Of a stretch of 64,000 nucleotides of DNA, positions 1 through 10,549 are shown one piece after another. Made by a program: the position numbers and the translations under genes. Origin of the DNA: Trichodelitschia bisporula (taxonomy: Eukaryota); assembly GCA_010356995.1 (NCBI GenBank), contig ML996690.1, forward strand, positions 871,420-935,419, in the 5' to 3' direction. Each line of letters opens with the position of its first letter. Position 1 is the stretch's first letter. A model generated the notes under the pieces. That model saw only the letters and a list, made by a program, of their open reading frames with translations. It did not search any database and was not told the origin of the DNA.

Positions 1-2
1 CC

Positions 3-332
3 GAGGGTCCTGGGGGCCCGCGACTTTCAGCCGATGCCCTAGCTGATTTGCGTGCGTTTACCCACGCACGGGTCGTGCGTGCGCTAACGGTGCCGACTGT
101 GGCGGGTGCGGTGGCGCAGACGGGCGTGTTTGATTACCGTCGGGGCGCTGAGCATTACGGTCCGCCGGTGGGGAGTGTCGAGGTTAAGCTTGTGGATAAG
201 GCGGGACATCGCACTACTGATGAGAAGGCGGAGGGGGAGTTGGTTGTTGTTGGTCCTGCGGTGGCTGGTGGTGAGAGCCGCACGGGTGTGCTTGTGAAAG
301 TGACGAGGGACTTTACGCTTGCGGTTGTATAG
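3..332 (+). CDS. 3' end of a gene truncated by the window edge; resembles the C-terminus of AMP-binding-enzyme-like fungal proteins
   Basis: Frame is open from base 3 to TAG at 330-332. HYGPPVGSVEVKL...GELVVVGPAV resembles adenylate-forming enzyme motifs (GxP, GEL). Confidence 0.55.
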   Translation, partial: EGPGGPRLSADALADLRAFTHARVVRALTVPTVAGAVAQTGVFDYRRGAEHYGPPVGSVEVKLVDKAGHRTTDEKAEGELVVVGPAVAGGESRTGVLVKVTRDFTLAVV

Positions 333-458
333 GGGATGGAAGACGACTTGGGCGGCGGCGGCTGTTTGTAGTTGATTTACGATGATATGTAGCTGCCAAT
401 CTCGTTCATATCCAATCCCCAACTCTTTAAACCAAACCAAATGCAAACCAAAAACTGA

Positions 459-2296
459 CTAACAAAATCCCATCAAACTCACCATGCCCTCCATGCCCTC
501 CAACCCCACCTCATTAGCCCCCGCCGCCTCGTCAAGCAACGCATCAATACCCTCCTTCTCCTTGATCTCCCAAAACGCCGTAACGCCCCCCACCAACCTT
601 TGCGCAACGTCCGCCACAACCTTCTTCTCCAACGCCGCAAAGCACACCCGGACATACCCCCACGCCTCCTCCCGCCCCCTAGCGTCAGGCGCAAACATCC
701 CCCCCGGCGCAACGAGTACCCGCCACGGAGCGTGCGTCCAAAACACCCACAGCGCAAGCCCGAGGTCGGCTAGTTCGAAGGAACCTGAGAGGGGATGTGA
801 TTCCATATCGAGCGCGAGCCAGGCGAACATCCCACCCGAAGGCGGGAGCACGGTGAGCGGGCGGGTGGACGTGAGCGAAGTCCACCCGTCGGCCGTGGGA
901 GCCGCCTGGACGATGGCGGGCGCGGATAGGATAGGTTCGATGATAGCGGCCCGCCTGTCTGCGTACTCGGACTGCAGACCGGAGAGCCAGCGCTCGAAGC
1001 CGTGCACGCCCCACCCACTTGTCCCCTTCGGCAGTGCCGCGGCGAAGCAGGCGCAGCATGGGCAGCCGGGGTAGTGCACTGCTGGATCTGGGGTTGGGGT
1101 GGGTGGGACGTGGGTGCCGTGGTCGGCGCAGGGGCCGACGAGGAGCCGGGCGAGGAGGGCTTGCGAGAGCCCGGAGGGCTGGGTTGTGCTGGTTTCGGTG
1201 ACGCGGAGGAGGCGTTCTATGAGTGCGGGTTGGCCGGTTATCCACCCGAGGCGCGCGCCGGGGAAGGCGGTTTTGGAGAAAGTGTCGAGGCGGAGGACGC
1301 GCCCTTCGGTGTCGAGGGTCAGGTAACTGGGCACGAGGGATTTGAAGAAGGATGTGGATGTGGGGGTGGGGTCGGAGGGGTATTGGAGGTACCAGTAGGG
1401 ATCGTCTTCGGCGATGAGGACGTCGAATTTGCAGCATACGTCGTAGACTTCTTCGCGGCGCCAGGTGGGGGCGAGGACGCCCGTCGGGTTCTGGCCCGTC
1501 GGCACGGTGTACAGGATATGCGGACGCGGCCCCTGCGCAGTGTCCCAGTTTTCGAGCACATCGGTCAGACTCCCCGGCCCGGTGGGGAGTATGCCGTGCT
1601 CGTCCATATTGACAGTGACGACGTTCATCCCCCGCGCCAGGGCCGTCTGCACAGCCGTCATGTACGCCCAGCGCTCGACGAGCAGCGTCGGCCGCTCGGC
1701 CGGGTCATCATGTCCCTTATTCCACTCATTTGCGAACGTGGTGATGATCTTGCTGAACCCATCCGTGCTCCCGAGAGTGGGGAGTATTTCAGCGCCGCCT
1801 GCGTAGGGCGGCGGGTGCAAATGCGCGGTGAGGTGCTTGAGCCAGGCCGCGAGGACGGGGATGCCGGTTGCTTGCCCGTATTGTAGTGCGGTGGTGAGGT
1901 CGAGGGAGAGCGGGTCGGCGGGGAGGGGGAGGGTCTTCGGGATCGAGATGGTGGATGTCGATGTTGGCGTGCTGGGCGCTGGGAAGCGGGTCGCGTGCGC
2001 GGTATGGGCGGCGAGGGCGTCGAAGGGGAAGAGGCTTGCGTTGGGGAGGCCTCGGGGTTGTTAGTAGGGACTCGTGGAGCGGGGCGGGTAAGGCTGAGCT
2101 AGCCGCGAGGCTACTCGTGTGCCACGCTACTGTACGTACCGCCGGCCAGCTGCCCGATGCCGGGGATCTGGAAGTACTTGTAGAAGCGCTTTACGGCTGG
2201 CTGTTGACGCGCCGCCGCCGTGCGACTGAGGTGGTGCGACAGGTCCTGCGGCGGCGAGGCTGAGGCAGCTTGCGGGGAGCGATTGGTTGTTGCCAT
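459..2296 (-). CDS. PLP-dependent aromatic amino acid/2-aminoadipate aminotransferase (Aro8-like, class I/II), 2 exons
   Basis: ATG 2296 in strong context; intron 2051-2139 (GTACGT...TACTAAC...GAG) joins IGQLAG/GLPNASLFPFD. Motifs YTVPTGQNPTG, EDDPYWYL and DTFSKTAFPGARLGW (PLP Lys). Confidence 0.92.
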
Positions 2297-2736
2297 TGTG
2301 GAATGGGATGAATGGGAAGGTTCACGATGGCGGGATGCGGGGGCGCAATGGCGACACATAAGGCGGGAGGAGATGGGGTTTTGGGAGTGGTGGACGGGCG
2401 ATAAGGTACGATAAGCCTCGCCAGGGGTGCGGCTAGACTGGCAGGCGGGCGGGACGGGATCTGGGGCGGAGCTTGGTCACTGTGGAGCTTCGTGTGCTGG
2501 CGCTGATTGGAAATCAGCATTCGTTGACGAGTTGAATCGGCCCAGCTGTCCGGAATTTCGTCCGTGAGAGGACCGCCCCGATCACTGTTCCTTGCAGTGG
2601 ATAGCGCTTATCGTGTTGGACTATTTCGGACCGCACCCCGTGCACGCGGACGACTTCATGTCGTGGAATCGGCCCGCATATGACTGGCGATGCCGCTGAC
2701 GATCCCGATGCCGCTCCAGCTTTGCCGACGTCAATC

Positions 2737-2830
2737 ACGAGGCGACGAGGCAATAAGGCGACGAGGCAATAGGGCGACAAGGCAATAAGGCGACAAGGCA
2801 ATAAGGCGTAAAGTATAAGGCATTAAGGCA
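2737..2830. repeat. 8-bp-period tandem repeat (ACGAGGCA/ATAAGGCG variants), 9 contiguous plus 2 more units
   Basis: acgaggcg acgaggca ataaggcg acgaggca atagggcg acaaggca ataaggcg acaaggca ataaggcg ... ataaggca ttaaggca. Confidence 0.9.
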
Positions 2831-3611
2831 TCAAGCTGAAATGAGGTGGTACCCCGCAATAATGCAGAGTGTCACTGTGCAAGGGAGAGAGCATGAGAGA
2901 GGGGGCGGGGAGATGCAATACCATCCGTAGATTGATAGATTATCAGATAGACACGTGCAGTGACCGGCAATATGAACGGCTGCCTCTTCTTCTCACTCTT
3001 CTCCCTCATCCTCAGCCTTCAACAACCGCCGCATCTACTTCTTCCACCTTTGTCTCGAGGGCTTCAACCGCACAGCCATCAATGGCTCCCCGTCTAGCCA
3101 AGCACCCCACCCCCCGCCACCGACATAGTCCGGAAAGCTGCGGATCAGGCCCGCTCAGGGACACTAAACGATAGCCATTCTCGTCCCCGCTTAAGACGAA
3201 GTCTAAGGGGTTCAGGGAGCGCTAAAAGAGAGTTCTAAGGGATCTGAAGGATCCGAGTCGTCAACGACCGTAAAGTCGGGGCGTGAAACAACCGGCGTTG
3301 CCTAAGGCCGCCACAGTCGTGACTTTTCCTCTCACCAAAGTCTCCGCTCGTTCTTGTCCCAGCCTTCTACGCCTTCCAAGCGACTTGTCAGCTATCTTAG
3401 GTCAGCTGCCCTCCGACCTCCCTCTTGACGCCTTTTCTCCACTTCTATTCCTACGACTACCCATTCTACATTCAAGTACCGAGTATATACATTTCTTCAC
3501 TCCTACAAAGTACTGTGTACTGCCCCTACGCTCGCTGGGCGGGTTCACAGTTCTGTATCGCTCCCCTACCTCCACGAGCTACCACGCACACCCCTCCCCA
3601 GTCCTAGCGCC

Positions 3612-5560
3612 ATGCCGGACGAGCCCTACCACGACGACCCCATCACGAGTCCGCAGAGCTCCGAGGCGACAGTCGCACGCGAAGACGCCCTCTCCTTCCT
3701 GGGAATCGACGACGGCGCAACGGACGAGAGCGGCGGGCCCGATCCGCTTACCCTACATCAGCAGAAGCATTCGTTGCTGCGCTACCTACCTCCCGATGCA
3801 CAGCGCGCATTCAGAGAGACGGCGCAATGGATCAAGGGCCCGCAACCGTCGCGTCCATGGCGCATCACACCCGTCTTTGAGGGTGTGCAGACGGCGCCCA
3901 TCCGCTTGATCGATCATTATGTGCCGCGCAAGCTGCACCGCTTCTGGCTGCTCGTCGGCTTTTACGCCCTGTGGTTGCTGGTGTTTAGCCTGATGCTCTG
4001 GAAGTCGTCATTCGCGTCTGAGATCAAGGGCTACGGGCCGCCAGCGAATATTGGGTGTGAGGCGCGCTTCTGGTAGGGTCGCTCGATCGCTGTTTCGTAC
4101 ATCTCTAACTCTGCAGGTTACGTGGCAACGGCTGTGGGCTTAATGGCGATCTCTGCCGTCCTTTCTCCAATTCAACCTTTGCCTTCCGCTGCCCGGCCAG
4201 CTGCAGCCGCGCCGAGATCATCGAGCCGTACCCCGTCGGCGACCAGAAGATCAACTACCAGTCGCTAGTGGTGGGCGGACCGGAGAGCAACAACGAGAGC
4301 GAGCCGCTATACCGCGGCGATAGTTTCGTGTGCGGCGCCGCCATACATGCTGGATTCTTGAATGATGGCGCGGGCGGGTGCGGCGTCGTGCGGCTCGTCG
4401 GCGAGGGCGCGGACTACAAGTCTAGCAAGGCGCACGGGATCAAGAGCATTGGGTTCGACTCGTACTTCCCGCTTTCGTTTGGCTTCGTCGAGGGCACGGC
4501 GAGCCAGTGCAAGGATCTGCGCTGGCCGATGCTTGTGATGTCGGCGGTTTTTTGTGCGATACTGTCGCTGTTCACCACTTCCCCGGCCGTTTTCTTCGCT
4601 TCCATTTTCACTGGTTTATTCTTCCACGTTGCTCTCGTCTCGGACCCTCCGGCCAATGCCGACTACCGGGCGCTAATCTCCATCGCCACCGGTCGCTTTC
4701 TGCCCGCCGCCTTCTGCATGGCCGTCATGTACCGGCTGGCCGTTCGCCGCACACTCACGGGTCTGACGGCGCAGGTGGAGAAGACAGTGCTGTGGCTGGG
4801 CGCCTGCTGGGTGGGGGCGCTGAACAACTACACCTTCGACAAGATCCCGATCCAGCGCCTGACGCCGCATGACATCCAGCAGCAGCCTGGAGCCATCCCG
4901 GCGCTCATCATCATCGTGTTTTCGCTACTGGCAATCGCGATAGGTCAGGCGTGGGGCCTTCGCATCGAGGGCCGTATGCCGAAGTACCTGGTCATCTACG
5001 GGGGTCTGGTAGGCAGCTTGCTCCTGTTGGTCGCGATCCCGGGGTTCAAGGTCCGCATCCATCACTACATCCTGGGCTTGATATTCCTGCCGGGGACGAG
5101 CATGCAGAACCGGCCCAGCTTGGTGTACCAGGGCCTGCTGGTTGGCTTTTTCATCAATGGCATCGCGCGGTGGGGCTTCGACAGCATCCTGCAGACGTGG
5201 GCGGAGCTGCGCGGCGACGCGCCGCTGGGGAGTCTGCTCCCGCAGATCTTGCCGCCGATTATCCATCAGAATGTGGGGACGGGCCTGCTGCCTAACATCA
5301 CGTTTGAGTGGGAGCACCCGGCGACCGAGCGCGGCTATGATGGGATTTCGATCTTGGTGAATGAGGTGGAGCGGTTTAAGGGATGGGTGGATAGTGGGAT
5401 GCGTAGCTTTACGTGGGTGCGCGAGGAGGGGCATTTGGGCTTGCCGGAGTATTTCCGCTTTGCGTATCTTAAGGGCAGTGATGCGGCGGATTATACGCGC
5501 GCGGGTGTTTGGACGGCTGAGGGCGGGTGGAAGGCTATGATGCCTGGGCCGAGTGGATAG
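3612..5560 (+). CDS. LCCL-domain multi-pass membrane protein, 2 exons
   Basis: Intron 4073-4116 (GTAGGG...CTAAC...CAG) joins the two ORFs via W/LRGNGCGLNGDLCRPF. LCCL-like YRGDSFVCGAAIHAG, many TM segments, RIHHYILG. Confidence 0.85.
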
Positions 5561-6235
5561 GAGCTTTTATGAGTTGGATGTTGCATGAGATACCGTAGAG
5601 GTGCGCTGGGCGTTCGTTGATATTGTACTCTAACCTGTACCGATGGAGATGGAGTGGGGGTAGACGAGGCTGGGCTGGCGTGTGTTGGATTCCGTGTGTG
5701 TATATTCACAAGGCGCCGGTGGCCGTTCATCTTTCCATGCTCACCGTCCCGGTTCGAGTGCTTACGAATCTCGCGTGACATGGCAGAGCCTTGAATGCGG
5801 AGTGCATGAAGCGCTTCACCTTGTTTCTGAGCTTCCAATCAGTGCCTGTAACCCGCGAGCCAACGTCGATCCGCCACTGCCACTCACACCACAGCCACAC
5901 TTTCCACGCGGACAGGCGACGTCATCACACCACCCACGTTTGTTCGCCATTCAACATAAAACGAAACGCGGCGCCACAGTCCGGGACTCACAATCCTCAC
6001 GTCGACCGTCAACAACTTCGCAAACCAAAGCATCACCAAAGCACCAGAAATCGTAACCCTGGATCAAGCGACGTCAACCACCTACCCTCCTCCCTCCCAG
6101 CCAGCGCGGGAATCAACCCGCGACCGGCTGAAGCGCTCCTTTGACGACGCCCGCGCCTACGTCCAAACTGAAGCCAACCGCTTTGACAACAACTGCAGCT
6201 CCACCTACACAACCTACGGGTCCTCAAACGAAGCC

Positions 6236-6709
6236 ATGATTTCCGCAATCCTCCTCGTGCTCATCACCATCTTCCGTGCGTCCCGCCCCCACCCACCCTT
6301 CCCTACATAACCCCCCCAACTAACTAACCCCCCCCTAGTCCCACCCCTCGGCGTCCTCCTCATAGCCGGCTGCTCAACCGACTTCCTCATCAACCTCATC
6401 CTGACCATCCTCGGCTTCTTCCCAGGGCACATTCACGCCTTCTACCTCGAGTACGTGTACTACAGCCGGCTCGACCGGGCTAAGGCCGGGGTTTACGACT
6501 CAGCCCCGGCGCCGTTCGTGTTCTCCGATAGGATTCTGTATCCTCGTGGATCGCGGGGCGTGGAGCCCGTGGGTGGGCCGCAGCAGGGTGTTCCTGTGGC
6601 GGGGGATGCGCATTATGCCACGCAGCCCGAGCCGCCTGTTGGATATGGGACGATTCCGCCGCAGCAGTACCCGGAGCAGCACCCGCAGGGTGTGCCGCCG
6701 TACAAGTAG
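6236..6709 (+). CDS. Pmp3/Sna (RCI2-like) stress proteolipid with Pro/Gln/Tyr-rich tail, 2 exons
   Basis: MISAILLVLITIF / intron 6276-6338 / LPPLGVLLIAGCSTDFLINLILTILGFFPGHIHAFY is the Pmp3 pattern; stop TAG 6707-6709. Confidence 0.88.
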
Positions 6710-6927
6710 ATGGCAGGATGAGGGAGGAGTGAGGAAGGCAAATTGAGCGGATGGATTGGCGTTTGGGACCTGTGGTCTGGGAATTGATACCAATTAGGCT
6801 TGATCCTATGACGTACGCTTAATGAGAATGATTTCCTACCCGTTGCCGTATCAGCGCTGGGCGACATGAGCTGCTCCAGAGAACTGTGTTCCAGTGTATC
6901 ATGTAGCCACAAAGAACGTTGTTCAGC

Positions 6928-7045
6928 ACATACGGCCATAGGTCGCTGAGAACACCAGTCCCCGTCTGCTCACTGAAGTTAAACAGCGAACCGGTTGACT
7001 AGTAGTTGCGTGGGTGACCAGCAGCGAATCCCAACTGCTGTATGT
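6928..7045 (+). rRNA. Dispersed 5S rRNA gene (118 nt)
   Basis: ACATACGGCCATAG...CTAGTAGTTGCGTGGGTGACCAGCAGCGAATCCC...CTGTATGT. All five 5S helices can pair; followed by T-runs. Confidence 0.96.
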
Positions 7046-7057
7046 TTTTGACTTTTT
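7045..7057 (+). terminator. RNA polymerase III oligo-T terminator of the 5S gene
   Basis: TTTTT at 7045-7049 and a second TTTTT at 7053-7057, directly after the 5S 3' end. Confidence 0.8.
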
Positions 7058-7169
7058 GCTCCAGGGCTGTACTAGTGCGCACTTGTCTAGCCGCGTGTTT
7101 TATGCCCTGAAGTGCGCTGCTGCGGGGTGAGGTATGCTTGCTTTTGATATGTGCAGAATTAGCCCGCTC

Positions 7170-7262
7170 ATGGGCAACATGTGAACACTCGTGGGGACGT
7201 ATCAACCCATGAGGACATGTAAACACGTGAGAGCATGTCAACTCGCGGGAGCACGTCAACAC
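7170..7262. repeat. Degenerate ~18-bp minisatellite, about 5 units
   Basis: gtggggacgtatcaaccc / atgaggacatgtaaacac / gtgagagcatgtcaactc / gcgggagcacgtcaacac at an exact 18-bp period (7191-7262), plus a longer first unit. Confidence 0.7.
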
Positions 7263-7361
7263 TCACAAGCAGAGCATCAAACCAACCAACAAAATGCATA
7301 CCGCCCTAACTCTACCATCCCCAAAAAAAAACCGCCTAGCAATACCCCCCTTCAACACCCT

Positions 7362-10231
7362 CTACCCGCGCTCAACCCCAACACCACCTCCCTCCTCATC
7401 CCCACTCTCCCCAACCTCAAAACTAGACGGCGTCGGCACCTCAACCGTACTCCCAGAACTCACCCTCTCATTCCCAATCCCCAGAAAAATCTCCTCATAC
7501 GCCCGCCTCTCATTCGACGACGCCACGCTCGTCACCCTCCCTACCCTGGCAAGATCCTCCTCATATCCCCTCTGCACAGCAGCCTGCGCTTCCGCCACCG
7601 ACGACCCATGCTCCAGCATTTCCAGCGGCCGCTCGTACGCGCCCCTCCCCACTTCCGTCGGGCGCACACGCCGCCCCCGCCGCACGGTGGTCGGCGGCTT
7701 CCCGATCGTGAATCCACTCGTCCACGCCCGGTCTTGTGGGCGCGGCTTCGACTCGCTGGACCCGAAGGGCGACTCGATCGGCGGCGGAAAGGCAGGGAGA
7801 TACAGATACGGCTCGGCGCGCGTGGCCGGGCCGCTAGCACAGCTGACCGACGTGAAACTGTCGGCGCGGGCGTGCGTAGAAAGCCTACTATGCGCTGAAG
7901 CCGCGTCGCTGTCTGTCGGCGGGAGCGGAGCCGAAGCGGGAAGCCCGTACTCGGGAGGCGGGGGTACGTAATGCGGGTAAGCATCCTCAGCATCCGTGTC
8001 GGTCGCAGGCAACGGACTGGAGTCTCGGTCGTAAGACGCTGCGAAGCGCATCAAGGGCTGGATGTCGCTGTCAGCATCTACATCTACGTCGCACTCGGAC
8101 GGGCTGAGGTCGTCGTAGCTGGTGCGAACGGTGGGAGGGCGCGTGGCGGAGTTTTTGGTTATAGTGAGTTTGTCGGGCGGGGGCCGGGTGCAGGAGTCGT
8201 AGGACCCGGAGCTGGTGTGGCGTGTTTTGCGCTTGACGCGGTGGGGAGGGGGCGTTGGTGGGGCGCTGGCGCTGGCGCTTGAGCCGCGGAAGGTGTGGAG
8301 GGAAAGAGGGTGCGGCTTGTGGGGGCTGGGGCTGGGGAGGGGTGTGTAGTCGGGGTGATGGGAGAGGGCGGTATCGGCCTGGGAGGTTAGTCGGGTGCCG
8401 AGATGCAGAGCGGGAGGGAAGCATACACTCTGCTTGCCCCGAGCCTTCTCGGTATTGGGTTCCGAATCACGGCTCGGTAAATCAAGAGCCTCCTTGCTGT
8501 TCCGCCGGGAGAGGTTCTGGTCGGCCCACTTCTTCCACATGCGCGCCTCCCCGACGCTCATTTCAACATTCAACAGCGGGTTTGCACCGTCGGGACTCAT
8601 GCCATGGCTCACAGGCGATGTTTCTGTCATCTCTAGAAAGGAGGATAGGCCGGTTGGCCACTTGGATTCGGACTTCGCGGGGCTCCAGGTCTCGTACTTC
8701 TTTGCGCTGGAGACGTCGTGCCTCTCGGTGGAAGCTTCGTACTTTGATTCGGAAACCTCATACTCCTTGTAACTGGATACTTCAAGCTTGTCGCTGATAC
8801 GTTCGTAACAACTGACACTGGAAGCACGGCGGTACTTCACCGCGCTGGAAGCCTCACACTCTTTCCTGCTGGAAATTTCAATATACGGCGTGGCCACACG
8901 TGGCTTCTGTGTGTGCGGACGAAGGGGCATGTGTTTGCTCCTGTTCTCGAAGTCGCCCCCGGTACCAAAATGCTTCTGGTTGAAATGAGGCTCCTGCATC
9001 ATATTGACGCGCACATCCGGGTCCTTCGGCTTCGTGTACTCGAAGAACATCGTCTTGGGCAGAATCTCCGCTTTATGCACAGCAACGTCCGAATACGTGT
9101 CGTAAAAGCGCTGGTGAGCGATCCGGGCATCCTGCTCCAACTCTGACATGCCCTGCACACGCGGGCTGCCAGAAGAAAGCTCGCGCAGCGGTGACGAACC
9201 AGGGCGCCGCACTGAATCGCGGCCGCTCTTGCGCGCCTTGATAGTGCTGCTCGGGTCCTCGGAGTTCCAACGCCCGTGGCCGCTCGCGTGCGGTCCCGAC
9301 TTTGTCGGCGGCGTCAGCATCGTCGTGTCGATCTTTGGTGCGTGTTGAGCAGGGTAGTTTCCCATGACACCGACGAGATCGCGCATCCTGACGCGGAAAG
9401 CGCGCTCGAAGCGCACTCCTGCCGGGAAGTGCTTGGTGACCGTCACGCTCCAGTAGTCTGCGTGCTTTTCCGCCACCGTAAGATGGGATTGGTACTGGGG
9501 GTACATCGATTGAAGAATCGGCTCTACGAAAGAGAACTCTGGGCGCCCGCGGACATTCTTGCTGGTGAGGCGGTGCGGCTGGGCCTCTACCTCAGCGATG
9601 ACTTGAAGGTGATCCGCCGGCTCGTCCGCGGGGTTCGCGGCATCGGGGTGCGTGAGATAGGCCATGAAGGAGATCTGTACATTGCACATGTCGACTGGGC
9701 CGCTCTCCTGGATGAAACATTCCTGGGTACGCAGGTAGTTGGCCAATGCCATGCGTTTGCTCTTGCCATTTAGCAGCCAGGTCGAAGATCTGCCATTGGC
9801 TTCCTGGCACCACAAAATGTAATCAATCAGGTTTTCGAGCGTGAATTCGAGACGTTTGGATTGTAGCTTGTTCACAAGCTCTTCCATGCGGAGCAGAATC
9901 TCGTAGTTCGGAAGCTGGCCTGAAGGGGTCAGCATAGCAAAATAGCGAAACGCAAGGACTCACTCGGATCAGTCTCTTCTTTGCAAAACTTGGAGATGAG
10001 AGCCTCTTCCGTCAAGCTTTCAAGCGCCCCGTTCATGGCCTTTTGGAGAAACTGGAGTTCTGAAGCCTGCTCCATGTTGAGGCCTTTCCAGGTAGAGACG
10101 ACATCGATGTGAGAAAGAGCATCGTCCCGGGCCCCAGGTTGTTCAAAGGTCCTCAGTTGTGGGCGGAACACATCGACAGCGGATTTCCACGGGACTATGT
10201 GACGCCCACAGACCTCCACGGCGATAGACAT
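7362..10231 (-). CDS. Large hypothetical protein, Ser/Pro-rich C-terminal half; 5' end uncertain
   Basis: ORFs 9929-10318 and 7362-9935 join in frame through intron 9920-9963 (GTGAGT...GCTGAC...CAG). First in-frame ATG is 10231; the frame stays open to 10354. No recognised domain. Confidence 0.65.
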
Positions 10232-10549
10232 GGCGGCTGCTGAGCTGATGGAGTTCCAAATATATCTCGATAACGACGTAGAAGCAATGTCGCCGTTGTT
10301 GAGGAGCTGGTGTTCCAAAGTGGTTGACAGAAGATGGCACGAAAAGAGACGGCCCTAGCCACCAAAACATATGGCCTACTTGTCAGTAGACGGCGTCCAA
10401 TGGTCCCTGCTAACAATCAAATCGCAGCAGGCAGTACCAATGTCCGGCTTTGCGGCTTCCACGAGTTGGCTTCCAAACGGGTAGGTACTATTGCTGGCCT
10501 CGAGATACGCGCTACCACCCATGCTGCAATAGTGCCCCGGGTAAGTGCT

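Noticed and set aside
9920..9963. Apparent frameshift between ORFs 9929-10318 and 7362-9935
   Set aside because: Fully explained by a canonical 44-nt intron.
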